Source of the DNA: Chiloscyllium plagiosum
Taxonomy: Eukaryota
Direction of reading: 5' to 3'
Length of the DNA stretch: 30,066 nucleotides
NCBI RefSeq assembly: GCF_004010195.1
Contig: NC_057718.1
Span: forward strand, 103,943,954-103,974,019
Positions 12,757-22,080 of this stretch are shown here, piece by piece. The notes beneath the pieces were generated by a model, which saw only the letters and a program-made list of their open reading frames with translations, did not search any database and was not told the DNA's origin. Position 1 is the stretch's first letter; each line of letters starts with the position of its first letter. The position numbers and the translations under genes were made by a program.

Positions 12757-13108
12757 CAGTGACACGGTGGTTCAGTGGTTAGCACTGCTGCCTCACAGCG
12801 CCAGGGACCCGGGTTCAATTCCAGACTCGGGTGACTCTCTGTGTGGAGTTTGCACATTCTCCCCATGTCTGCGTGGGTTTCCTCTGGGTGCTCTGGTTTC
12901 CTCCCAATGTCCAAAGATGTGCAGGTCAGGTAGATTGGCCGTGCTAAATTGCCCATAGTGTTCAGGGATGTGCAGGCTAGGTGGATCATTCATGGGTAAT
13001 GCAGGGATAGGATAGGGAGTGGGTCTGGCTGGAATACTCTTTGGAGAGTCGGTGTGGACTTGATGGGCTGAAAGGCCTGTGTCTACACTGTAGGGATTCT
13101 ATTCTATG
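12757..13108 (+). mobile_element. HE1-like V-SINE (tRNA head, V domain, CR1-derived tail), full length
   Basis: GGTGGTTCAGTGGTTAGCACTGCTGCCTCACAGCGCCAGGGACCCGGGTTCAATTCC head, V-domain GTGTGGAGTTTGCACATTCTCCCC..GGTTTCCTCCCA, and tail ..CACTGTAGGGATTCTATTCTATG. Confidence 0.9.
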
Positions 13109-13139
13109 ACATAAAATAAATGAACAAATGAACACAGCC

Positions 13140-13500
13140 ATACCAATGCAAGTGGTATTGTACAGTCACGACAGAGACATGGTTACAGGAGAAAAAGGCA
13201 GGAATGAAACATTCAGGGAAATATGACTTTTCAGAAGGATGGGCAGGAAGGAAGGGGTGGTAGGTAGTATTGTTAGGACCGGTTAGAGTAGGTACAATAG
13301 TGAGAAATGATCTTGGATCAGAAGATGTAGAGTCCATATGGGCCGAGGTAAGACATAAAAACACAAAGAGTGCCCTGACAGTGAGAATCAACAGGCCCCC
13401 TGGCAGTGGAACAGGAAAAAAGTTAGGCAGACAATGGAAGGGTTGATAGTAAGACAGGGAAGAAGAAAAGCTAATAGACATTAAGCTAGTTAATTTTCAT
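13140..13500 (+). mobile_element. Degenerate CR1 ORF2 endonuclease (APE) fragment
   Basis: Frameshifted motifs TETWLQ, NIQG, KDGQEGRGG, RNDLGSEDVESIWAEVR and NRPPGS. Confidence 0.75.
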
Positions 13501-14005
13501 AATTAAGGCTCAGGCAGCTGAAGGCATAGCTGGTGCAGTGATAAAAATCAGCAATGCATTGGCTGGAATCAGAGCAATGCAGATATTCAGAGGTTGTGGA
13601 CATTATAGAGATAGGGTGGAGTGAGGCCATAGAGAGATTTGAAAACAAAGCTGAGAATATTCTGAAACATTCTGCTCCCGACCTGCTCACAAATAAAATG
13701 GTAATAACTTGTAAACTTGCAAACCCCTATATCTGTCACATTTTGAGCAAAAAGACTGAAGGCCTCACTCAGAAAGGTTAAATTGGTACCAGTTCCAGCC
13801 AGACAAACACCTGAAATGAGGAAGCAGTAAGTGCAAAGTGACAGCACGTACCCTCCACATGAACTCACTGATTCAGACAGCATCTAATCAAGTGATGTTC
13901 ATACACTGTACGGGATAAAACCAGAATTATACAGCGGTCAACAGTTCAGGTTGCCCCATTATGAGGAATATCGGTCTCTGCACTGCTGTCAAACTTAGAT
14001 GCTTG

Positions 14006-14130
14006 ACCCTGAAGAAGGGTTCCCCCCGAAACATTGACTTCTCCACCTCCTGATGCTGGCTGGCTTGCTGTGTTCTTCCAGCCTGCTGCCTGTCTACCTT
14101 GGATTCTAGCATCTGCAATGTTTTTGTCTC
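14006..14130 (+). mobile_element. PLE terminal fragment with hammerhead-like core
   Basis: CTGAAGA-AGGG-TTCCC-CCC-GAAACATTG at 14009-14036, followed by a GATGCTG..CTTGCTGTGTTCTTCCAGC..AGCATCTGCA tail. Confidence 0.7.
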
Positions 14131-14132
14131 AT

Positions 14133-14313
14133 CAAGATGTTGAGAGGCATAGGTAGCATAACCAGAGGTTTCTACCCATGGTGAAAATGTCTATCTCGAG
14201 GGGGCAGAATTTTCAGATAATAGGAGGAAGGTATAGGGGAGATGTCAGAGGTAGGTGGGTGCATGGAATGCACTGTCAGCATTGACAGTAGAGTCAGATA
14301 CATTAGGGACATT
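14133..14313 (+). mobile_element. CR1 LINE 3' region, left half (interrupted by the Gypsy element)
   Basis: CR1 C-terminal motifs. Ends ..GATACATTAGGGACATT and resumes at 21331 with TAAGTGACTCTTGGATAGGCACATGGA. Confidence 0.8.
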
Positions 14314-14937
14314 TGTCCCAAAGATTGTCCCTTTTATTCTAAAAGCTGTCCCTGATTTTTCTTTGTCAGAGGGGTAATAAACCAGGCCGGGCTCCCATCA
14401 GTCTGGTTTGGTACAGAGATGAAAAGGATTTTGAGAGGCCTTTTGTTTATATGTAAACAGATGAGTCTTCAGGCCAAAGTGGTCATGTTTTAGAAGTGAC
14501 CTGTATAAAGAAAGGGCAGTGGTCAGCTCTCCAGCTGAGCTGAGCAGTTTTAGTTCAGTCTTGAACTGGGACGTTCAACAGGGAGCTGTATGGAAACTCT
14601 CTCACTTTTCTGCCTTCAACTTTAGCCTGTAAGCATGTGTTCCATTTATACTGTGTTTTAAAAGGAGTTTGCTAATTGGGACTGTTGTGTATATTCAGAA
14701 CAGCATAATTCAGTCTAGCTGGATAGGTTGAGTTCTGTCGGGATTCTTTATTGTGTTTTTTGTGTTTTATTGTGTAATTTTGTGAATAAAGTTTTGTCTG
14801 TTTTAAAATCTAGTCATCAACCTAGCTACCTCACTCCGGGTAATTTTCATTGTACACCTATGGAAACAAATTGCAAAGTTATGGTCTGGGGCTGTCTGCT
14901 TAAGAATGTTTTGAGTGGTCTGGTCTAGTCCATAACA
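14314..14937 (+). repeat. 5' LTR
   Basis: TGTCCCAAAG...CCATAACA, homologous to 20465-21326. Contains AATAAA at about 14785. Confidence 0.93.
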
Positions 14938-14940
14938 GAC

Positions 14941-14958
14941 TGGGGGCTCGTCCAGGAT
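14941..14958 (+). promoter_or_regulatory. Primer-binding site complementary to tRNA-Pro
   Basis: TGGGGGCTCGTCCAGGAT matches the canonical PBS-Pro TGGGGGCTCGTCCGGGAT at 17/18 positions, 3 nt after the LTR end. Confidence 0.9.
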
Positions 14959-15036
14959 TTTAATCAGCGAGTAGTAGGTGCTCGTGTCTTTATTTCGGGT
15001 GTTAGTTTGGTTGGGTAGACAAAGCTTGGGATAGCA

Positions 15037-16260
15037 ATGGCTCTTTTAGTTGCCAAAAACTTTCTGGATGTGGATGCGGAGACTTTGGAAGTTTTGCAAA
15101 AGTGAATAAGACCAAGCTGCAGGAATGAGCAGAGAAGCTGGGGTTGGACCTGCCTGCTTCTGTAAGGAAAGGAGAAATAATCACAGCAGTAGCTCAGCAT
15201 TTACACTTGCTGGAGAAACCATCAGAATCTATAGAGATGGCAATAATTCAGTTGCAAATGAAGCAGCCTGAGTCAGAAGCGAAAGATAAGGAAAGGGCAG
15301 CAGAAACGAAAGTTTGAGTTACAATTAAAAGCAGAAGAGAGAGAAAAAGAGCTTTTGAACTTCAAAATTGGTACTTTAAAAGAAAAGTCAGCATAAAAGA
15401 TTGGAGATAAAGGCTGAGAGTAGGCTCAGTGAGGAAGAGATTGAGGATGAGCAAGCCCCTGGTAGTCAGACGCCTCGTGAGAAACTGTTTAAGTATGTTC
15501 AAGCATTGCCTAAATTTGATGAGAAGGATGTGGAAGCCTTTTTCATCTCATTTGAAAAGGTGGATAAACAAATGCAGTAGCCACTGACAATGTGGGTTTT
15601 GATGATCCAAATGAAACTTGTCGTTAGGGCGATTGAGGTCTTCGCATCACTATCAGAGGAGGTATCTGGGGAGTAGGAGGCGGTGAAAAAGCCATTTTAA
15701 ATGCATATGAGCTTGTACCAGAAGCCTATAGACAAGTTTCAGGAATCTAAGGAGAGACCCTGGTCAAACGTATATTGAGTTTGAAAGGATGGAACAGATC
15801 CTAATTTCGATAGATGGAAAAGAACTTTAAAAATCGAGAAAACCTATGATGCCCTTAGAGAGGTAATTATTTTGGAGGAATTCAAACATTAACTGCCTGA
15901 AGTAGTGCGAACTCATGTGGAAGAGCAGAGAATTAAAACAGCAAGGTTAGCAGCTGAAGGGGCTGATGATTATGAGCTGGTCAATAAAACTTGGGTTGGC
16001 TTCCAGAGTCAATTTCAGTCCACTGAGGGATAGAAATTGGGGCAAAGAGAAATCCTCACATGGAAAGGAAATGGTAGATCTCAGTGAAGATCATAAGGAG
16101 AACTTACATCAGGGTAAAAAAGAAACCCTTGAGGGAGACAAAGAAGTTAAAAGCTCCGGTGTTTCCATTGTAATAAAGTGGGTCACATGAAATCATAGTG
16201 TGGGGGGCTAGGAGAAAGCCAGATGTTGGAAAACAGGACAAGCCTGGAAGTTTTGCTGGA
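15037..16260 (+). pseudogene. gag: gag with SCAN-like capsid domain and CCHC zinc knuckle (disrupted)
   Basis: LPKFDEKDVEAFFISFEKV.., YELVPEAYRQ.FRNL.., LREVIILEEF..LPEVVRTHVEEQ..AA..ADDY. Zinc knuckle CFHCNKVGHMKS*C at 16160-16201. Confidence 0.85.
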
Positions 16261-16388
16261 CTAGTAACAGAAAGCACAAGGGAAGTTAGACAACTGCCTC
16301 AGAGTGTACAGGATGATCAGAGGTAGATTAAAAATACACATGCAAGGGTAAAGTTTATTCACATAGGCCAGGAGCAGTAGGTTAAGAG

Positions 16389-16640
16389 GTTACAATATTA
16401 AAGGACACAGGATCCTTTCAGTCTGTGATGCTAAAGGATGAGGAGATATGTACTCCTGAGGGACTATTGCCAGAAAAGGTGCTGGTAACAGGAATTCATG
16501 GTGAGACAAAAAGTGCTCAGTTATGTAAAGTGAGGCAAGAGAACCTAGAGAATTTTGGAGAATTTGTGGTAGGAGTTCTGGACAAACTCTCAGCTCCAGG
16601 AATACAATTTGTCCTTGCAAATGATATAGCTGATTCAGCA
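16389..16640 (+). pseudogene. Retroviral-type aspartic protease remnant
   Basis: VTILKDTGSFQSV (DTG at 16404) and downstream GIQFVLANDI. Confidence 0.8.
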
Positions 16641-17314
16641 GTAGGCATGCTGCTGAAGAAGATGCAGACAACTGAAGAAATGAAGGACCTTTATCCAGGA
16701 ATTTTCCCTGGTTGTGTGGTCACAAGATCACAGAGGCACAAGCTGAAGCAAGAGAGCTCAAAAGGCACTGAAAAGGGAGCTGACATAGACTTATCCAAAA
16801 CTTGCTTTGATCAGATAAGTGACACAGAGAAGAGCAAATAGGTAAATGTGCAAGTATTTTTAGCTCTGCTAAGCTGATTAAATTACAACAGAAAGATGAG
16901 GAGTTAAAACAGGTTTATCAAAAGGCATTTACAAAGAAAAAGAAAGTGAATGCATCCCTCTGTGTCTTAATGAGGAAATGGAAACCATCACACAGTCAAG
17001 CAGTTGATAAATGGGCAGAGATTCATCAAATTGCTTTGCCTGTAGGGTATAAGAAGGTGGTGCTGTGAGTAGCACATGAGCTACCACTTAGAGGTCATTT
17101 AGGGGTAAGGAAAACATAGGCTAAAATACAAAGACATTTTTACTGGCCTGGACTACACAAGGATGTAGTTGAATTTTGCCAGATGTGTCACATATGTCAG
17201 CTAACAGGAAAACTGCAGGTAGTAATAAACCTGCATCTTTAATACCTATTCCAGCATTTCACAAGAGTCTTGATTGATGTTGTGGTTCTGTTCGCCGAAC
17301 TGGGAATTTGTGTT

Positions 17315-17354
17315 GCAGACGTTTCGTCCCCTGTCTAGGTGACATCCTCAGTGC
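17315..17354 (-). ncRNA. Minimal type I hammerhead ribozyme (PLE type)
   Basis: Minus strand: GCA-CUGAGGA-U-GUC A CCU AGAC AGG G GAC-GAA-ACGU-C-UGC. Stem I is GCA/UGC, stem II is present, and the palindromic ACGU precedes a GUC site. Confidence 0.8.
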
Positions 17355-17601
17355 TTGGGAGCCTCATGTGAAGCACTTCTGTGATGTTTCCTCCGGCATT
17401 TATAGTGATTTGTATCTGCCGCTTCCGGTTGTCAGTTCCAGCTGAACTACGAAAGCAACCACCCCAACACGCACAAAAGAAGTTGCATCAAGACACTATT
17501 CAATAGGGCCACAACACACTGCAGTACACCAGAACTGCAAAAAGAGGAAGAAGAACACCTATACAATGTATTCGCCAAAAACGGATACCCGCGCAACTTC
17601 A

Positions 17602-17718
17602 NNNNNNNNNNNNNNNNNNNNNNNNNNNNNNNNNNNNNNNNNNNNNNNNNNNNNNNNNNNNNNNNNNNNNNNNNNNNNNNNNNNNNNNNNNNNNNNNNNN
17701 NNNNNNNNNNNNNNNNNN
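17602..17718. other. Assembly gap (117 N)
   Basis: Run of N inside the nested Penelope element. Confidence 0.99.
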
Positions 17719-17880
17719 CATGGCACTCATCCACAGATTCAATCAATAAGCACATTGACCTGGACCCAATATACCGACCACTGCAACGGACAGCTGAAAC
17801 TGACAACTGGAAGCGGCAGATTCAAACCACTATAAATGCCGGAGGAAAGATCACAGAAGCGCTTCACAGGAGGCTCCCAA

Positions 17881-17921
17881 GCACTGAGGATGTCACCTAG
17901 ACAGGGGGACGAAACGTCTGC
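17881..17921 (+). ncRNA. Minimal type I hammerhead ribozyme (PLE type)
   Basis: GCA-CUGAGGA-U-GUC A CCU AGAC AGG GG GAC-GAA-ACGU-C-UGC. Predicted cleavage 3' of C17918. Confidence 0.8.
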
Positions 17922-19029
17922 AACACAAATTCCCAGCTCGGCGAACAGAACCACAACAACAAGCACCCAAGCTACAAATCTTCTCACAAACTTTGAAGTT
18001 TTGATTGATTGCATAGGTCCCCTACTTCAAACAAAAAGTGAGAATAAGTATTTTTTAACAATAATGGATAGATCAACTAGATTTCCAGAGGCAAACCCAT
18101 TACGCAACATCACAGCTAAAAGGATTGCAGAAGAATTACTTAAATGTTTTACTAGATATGGACTGCCAATAGAAATCCAGTCAGATCAAGGATCAAACTT
18201 CACATCCAAACTATTCACGGAGTTTATGGATAACTTGGGAATAAAGCAATTCAAATCTATTGTGTACCATCCAGAATGGAAGGGAGCACTAGAGAGATGG
18301 CATTAAACACTAAGGAACATGTTGAGGGCTTATGGTCAGGATTATCCAGATGATTGGGATAAGGGAATCCTGTTTGTACATTTTGCGATCAGAGATGCAC
18401 TGAATGAATCAATCAAATTCAGTCCAGTTGAATCAATTTTTGGGCATGAAGTAAGAGGACCATTAAAATTGATTAAGGAGAAATTAATAAGAATTCAGAG
18501 ACCATCCATTTGGACTATGTGTCAAATTTTATTGAACGATTAAATAGAGCTGGAGAGTTGGCTAGACAGCATTTAAAAATATCACACCATGCAATGAAAC
18601 AGAATGCAGATGAGAAATCACGAATTCACAATTTTGCAATTGGGGATAAGGTATTGGTGTTACTTCCAGTAACAGATGAGCCTTTAAAAGAAAGGTTTAG
18701 TGGGCCTTATGAAATTGAGAGGAAATTGAGTGAGGTGAACTACTTGATAAAGACTCCAGACAGGAAGAAATCTCACAGAGTATGTCATGTGAATATGCTC
18801 AAAAGGTATTTTGATAGGGAAGGAAAGCAAGAGGAGACGGTGTTAATGATTACAGCACAGAAGGAAGAACCAAGCTCAGAGGATTCTGAATTGGACATTC
18901 CTCAAATCAAATTGGTCAATGAGTAAGTTGTCAAAAATTGGGATAAATTATTGAGTTACCTGAAATGACCTGAAATGACCTGAAAGAGTTCTTACTATCA
19001 CATGTGGAGATATGTGGAAATAAACTGGG

Positions 19030-20282
19030 AAATACTAAGCTTATTGTGCATGATGTAGATTTGGGAGATGCTGTTCCAGTTAAGCAACATTCCTATAGGC
19101 ATAATCCTCTAAAGTTGGCACGGGTTCAGAAGGAAATAGAGAGCATGCTCCAAGATGGCATAATCGAAGTGAGTTACAGTGACTGGAGCTCACCCATAGT
19201 CATGGTGCCAAAGACAGGTGGTACCCAGTGTTCATTTGCAAAGTCAACGCTGTTACAAAGACTGATGCATATCCGATTCCATGGTTGGAGGACTGTGTTG
19301 AAAAAGTGGGACGAGCAACTTACATTTCCAATTTGGACTTGCTCAGAGGCAACTACCTTTGTCAGAAATAGCAAAGGCAATTTTGAATTTTGTAATGTCA
19401 AATGGACTGTATCAGTTCAAAGTCATGCCATTTGAATGAAAAATGCTCCAGCCACATTTCAGAGATTGACTAATAAGGTCATTGCCAGATTACCCAACTG
19501 TGTGGTATATATATTGATGAACTGGTGATTTTTAGTCACTCATGGAAGGAACATTAACAGTATTTATCAGACTTGTTCGATCGACTTTGGAAGGCAGGCT
19601 TAGTGATAAACCCAGATAAAAGTGAATTTGCCAAAGCCCAAGTCACCTTCCTGGGCCATGTTAGTGGACGAGGACAAATGACCCCCACGGGATGCAAAAA
19701 CGTAAGTAATTGGGGAATTTCCCACACCATCGACAATAAAAGCATTACTTCAGTTCCTGAGGTTGAGTGGACTTTACCCAAACGTTAGTGCCGAACTTTA
19801 GCAATGTGGCTGCTCCACTCACTGAATTGTTAAAAAAGGGCAAGAAGTTTCAGTGGACATCAGACTGTCAAAAGGCGTTTGACAGCCTAAAAACTGTGTT
19901 AACCACTGGCCCATTATTAGGCACACCAGATTACAAGGTCAACGATGTCAACGATGTGGGTGTCGGTGCAGTGCTCCTGCAGGACGATGACAAGGGGATA
20001 GAAAGACCCAGCGAGTATTTTTCCAGCAAGTTGAGCATTCATCAACAGAAATATTCAACAGTGGAGAAGGAAACTTTAAGCTTGGTGTTGGCATGATAAC
20101 ATTTCAGTGTTTATATTACCAGCAATGCATCTGAGACAATCATATACACTGATCAAGCCCATTGACATTTGTGGAGAAACACCAGCCTGTTTAGATGGAG
20201 CTTGTTGTGCCAGCCATTCAGTTTGACAATTGTTCAGGTGGCAGCTCGCAAAAACTTGATTGCCGATGCGTTATCAAGACTC
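19030..20282 (+). pseudogene. pol: Reverse transcriptase plus RNase H (disrupted), downstream of integrase
   Basis: SDWSSPIVMVPK; DAYPIP; FKVMPF*MKNAPATFQR; catalytic motif mutated to YIDE (19510-19521). RNase H: DVGVGAVLLQ..YFSSKL..YSTVEKE..YTD..NLIADALSR. Confidence 0.92.
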
Positions 20283-20453
20283 GAATGTGATACAGAAGCG
20301 TTCGGTAGTGGGTGTACCATGGCCTGAATTGGCATGTGGTTGTCCATGTTTGCATGTGTGTAGTTACTATAGTGTATATGTGTGTTTAGAATACTAACCG
20401 GGTTTTGAAGGGTTAAAAATGAAGCCATCTCTTGGTATTGATGGGTTTTTTTT

Positions 20454-20464
20454 AAGGGGGGAGG
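20454..20464 (+). promoter_or_regulatory. Polypurine tract preceded by a T-run
   Basis: TTTTTTTT-AAGGGGGGAGG immediately before the TG of the 3' LTR. Confidence 0.9.
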
Positions 20465-20997
20465 TGTCACAAAGCTCGTCCCTTTTTTTCTAAAAGCTGT
20501 TCCTTGGCTCAAGGAGACTCTGTCCTTGACTTTTATCAGAGGGGCAATAAACCAGGTCGGGCTCCAATCAGTCTGGTTTGATACAGAGATGGAAAGGATT
20601 TTGAGAGGCCTTTTGTTTATATGTAAACAGGTGAGATTTCAGGCCAAAGTGGTCATGTTTTAGAAGTCACCTGTATAATGGAAGGGGAGTGGTAGTTCAG
20701 TCTTGAACTGGTGAGGAGTTCAATAGTGAGCTGTATGAAAATTCTCTCTCTCTCTGCCATTCAACATCAACCTGTAAGCATGTGTTCCATTTATACTGGG
20801 TTTTAAAGGGAGCTTGTTTATTGGGATTGTTGTATATATTCGGAACAGCATCATTCAGTCTAGTTTAGATGGGTTGAGTTCTGTAGGGCTTCTTTATTCT
20901 GTGAGGAGAAAGTGAGGTCTGCAGATGCTGGAGATCAGAGATGGAAATGTGTTGCTGGAAAAGCGCAGCAGGTCGGGCAGCATCTAGGGAACAGGAG

Positions 20998-21033
20998 AAT
21001 CGACGTTTCGGGCATTAGCCCTTCTTCAGGATT
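20998..21033 (-). ncRNA. Minimal hammerhead ribozyme motif
   Basis: Minus strand: AAUC-CUGAAGA-A-GGGC UAAU GCCC-GAA-ACGU-C-GAUU, with a 4-bp stem I and 4-bp stem II. Confidence 0.75.
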
Positions 21034-21040
21034 TAGCCCT

Positions 21041-21072
21041 TCCTGAAGAAGGGCTAATGCCCGAAACGTCGA
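21041..21072 (+). ncRNA. Minimal hammerhead ribozyme motif
   Basis: UC-CUGAAGA-A-GGGC UAAU GCCC-GAA-ACGU-C-GA. Stem I is only 2 bp. Confidence 0.65.
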
Positions 21073-21326
21073 TTCTCCTGTTCACTAGATGCTGCCTGAC
21101 CTGCTGCGCTTTTCCAGCAACACATTTCCATCTTCTTTATTCTGTTCTTTGTGTTCAATTGTGTAATTTTGTGAATAAAGTTTTGTCTGTTTTAAAATCT
21201 AGTCGTCAACCGAGCTATCTTACTCCGGGTAATTTTCACTGCACACTTACCAAAACAAATTGCAAAGTTATGGTCTGGGGCTGCCTGATTAAGAATGTTT
21301 TGAGTGGCCTGGCCTCCTCCATAACA

Positions 21327-21436
21327 CAGTTAAGTGACTCTTGGATAGGCACATGGACGATAGTACAATGAAGGGTATGTAGGTTAGTCTGACCTTAGAG
21401 TAGGATAAAAAACCAGCACAACATCGAGGGCCGAAG
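21327..21436 (+). mobile_element. CR1 LINE 3' region, right half
   Basis: Continues 14133-14313 and ends ..GCACAACATCGAGGGCCGAAG. Confidence 0.8.
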
Positions 21437-21534
21437 AAGAAAAGAAATAAACATTCTCAGTGAGGCCTCTTGTGGTTGAGGGCTGGTGGTCCTACCTCTG
21501 AGTCAGGAGGCCTGGATTCCAATCCCATCTGCTC

Positions 21535-21813
21535 ATAGAATCCCAACAGTGTGGAAGCAGTACATACAAATCTTCTAAAGAGCATTCCAACCAATCTCTA
21601 CATTTCCCATGGTGAACCCACACATCCCTGGATACTATGGACAATTTAACATGGCCAATTCTCCTAACCCGAGTATCTTTGGACTTTGGGAGGAAACCCA
21701 CACAGACACAAGGAGAATGTGTAAACACCACACAGTCACTTGAGGCTGGAATTGAACCCAGGTCCCTGGCACTATGAGACAGCAGTGCTAACCATTGAGC
21801 CACCGTGCCACCC
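21535..21813 (-). mobile_element. HE1-like V-SINE, nested in an older tRNA-headed SINE (about 21460-21850)
   Basis: Reverse complement of the 12757-13108 family (..GCAGTGCTAACCATTGAGCCACCGTGCC). Confidence 0.85.
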
Positions 21814-21962
21814 TAAGGTGTGTTAGCCCACCATGGTACAGGTTGATTAGAAATTACCTTAAACACTCCCATTGCTGCAGCAATACAGTCAGAGGAGCAA
21901 TAAAGCTTGTTTCACTGTGTCCCATCAGTGAATCCTGCTTCTGACCCTCTTATATTGGATTG

Positions 21963-22080
21963 GGTAAAAACAATGACTGCAGATGCTGGAAAACAGATTC
22001 TGGAGTCGTGGTGCTGGAAAAGCACAGCAGTTCTGATGCTGCCTGAACTGCTGTGCTTTTCCAGCACCACCAATCCAGAA
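21963..22080. mobile_element. Short palindromic PLE-derived insert lacking the hammerhead centre
   Basis: Inverted arms GGTGCTGGAAAAGCACAGCAGTTC / GAACTGCTGTGCTTTTCCAGCACC. Perfect 15-bp TSD TCTTATATTGGATTG at 21948-21962 and 22081-22095. Confidence 0.88.

Larger units (their letters stand above)
17279..17996 (+). mobile_element. Penelope-like retroelement with inverted 5' terminal repeat, nested in the integrase
   Basis: 17279-17444 is the reverse complement of about 17791-17957. RT C-terminus NYESNHPNTHKRSCIKTLFNRATTHCS..NGYP (17446-17601) and endonuclease end AWHSSTDSINKHIDLDPIY. TSD AGT(C/T)TTGATTGAT at 17266-17278 and 17997-18009. Confidence 0.92.
17010..18810 (+). pseudogene. Integrase (HHCC, DDE core, GPY/F), interrupted by a Penelope insertion
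   Basis: AHELPLRGHLGVRKT..FYWPGL..CQMCHICQ; VLIDCIGPL; IQSDQGSNFTS; GALERWH; RFSGPYEI..HVNMLKRY. Confidence 0.92.
20903..21131. mobile_element. Palindromic PLE-derived insert with back-to-back hammerheads
   Basis: About 93-nt near-perfect inverted arms (20939-21031 and 21041-21133). Perfect 14-bp TSD CTTCTTTATTCTGT at 20889-20902 and 21132-21145. Confidence 0.92.
14314..21326 (+). mobile_element. Full-length degenerate Gmr1-like Ty3/Gypsy LTR retrotransposon
   Basis: TG..CA LTRs at both ends, PBS, PPT and TSD CATT (14310-14313) / CAGT (21327-21330). Coding order is gag-PR-INT-RT-RH, with many stops and frameshifts. Confidence 0.95.
20465..21326 (+). repeat. 3' LTR (with a 229-bp nested insert)
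   Basis: TGTCACAAAG...CCATAACA, homologous to the 5' LTR and the solo LTR. Confidence 0.93.

Noticed and set aside
12760..12835. tRNA-like A/B boxes (also near 11536, 21480 and 21750-21810)
   Set aside because: These are SINE heads continuous with SINE bodies, with no proper cloverleaf.
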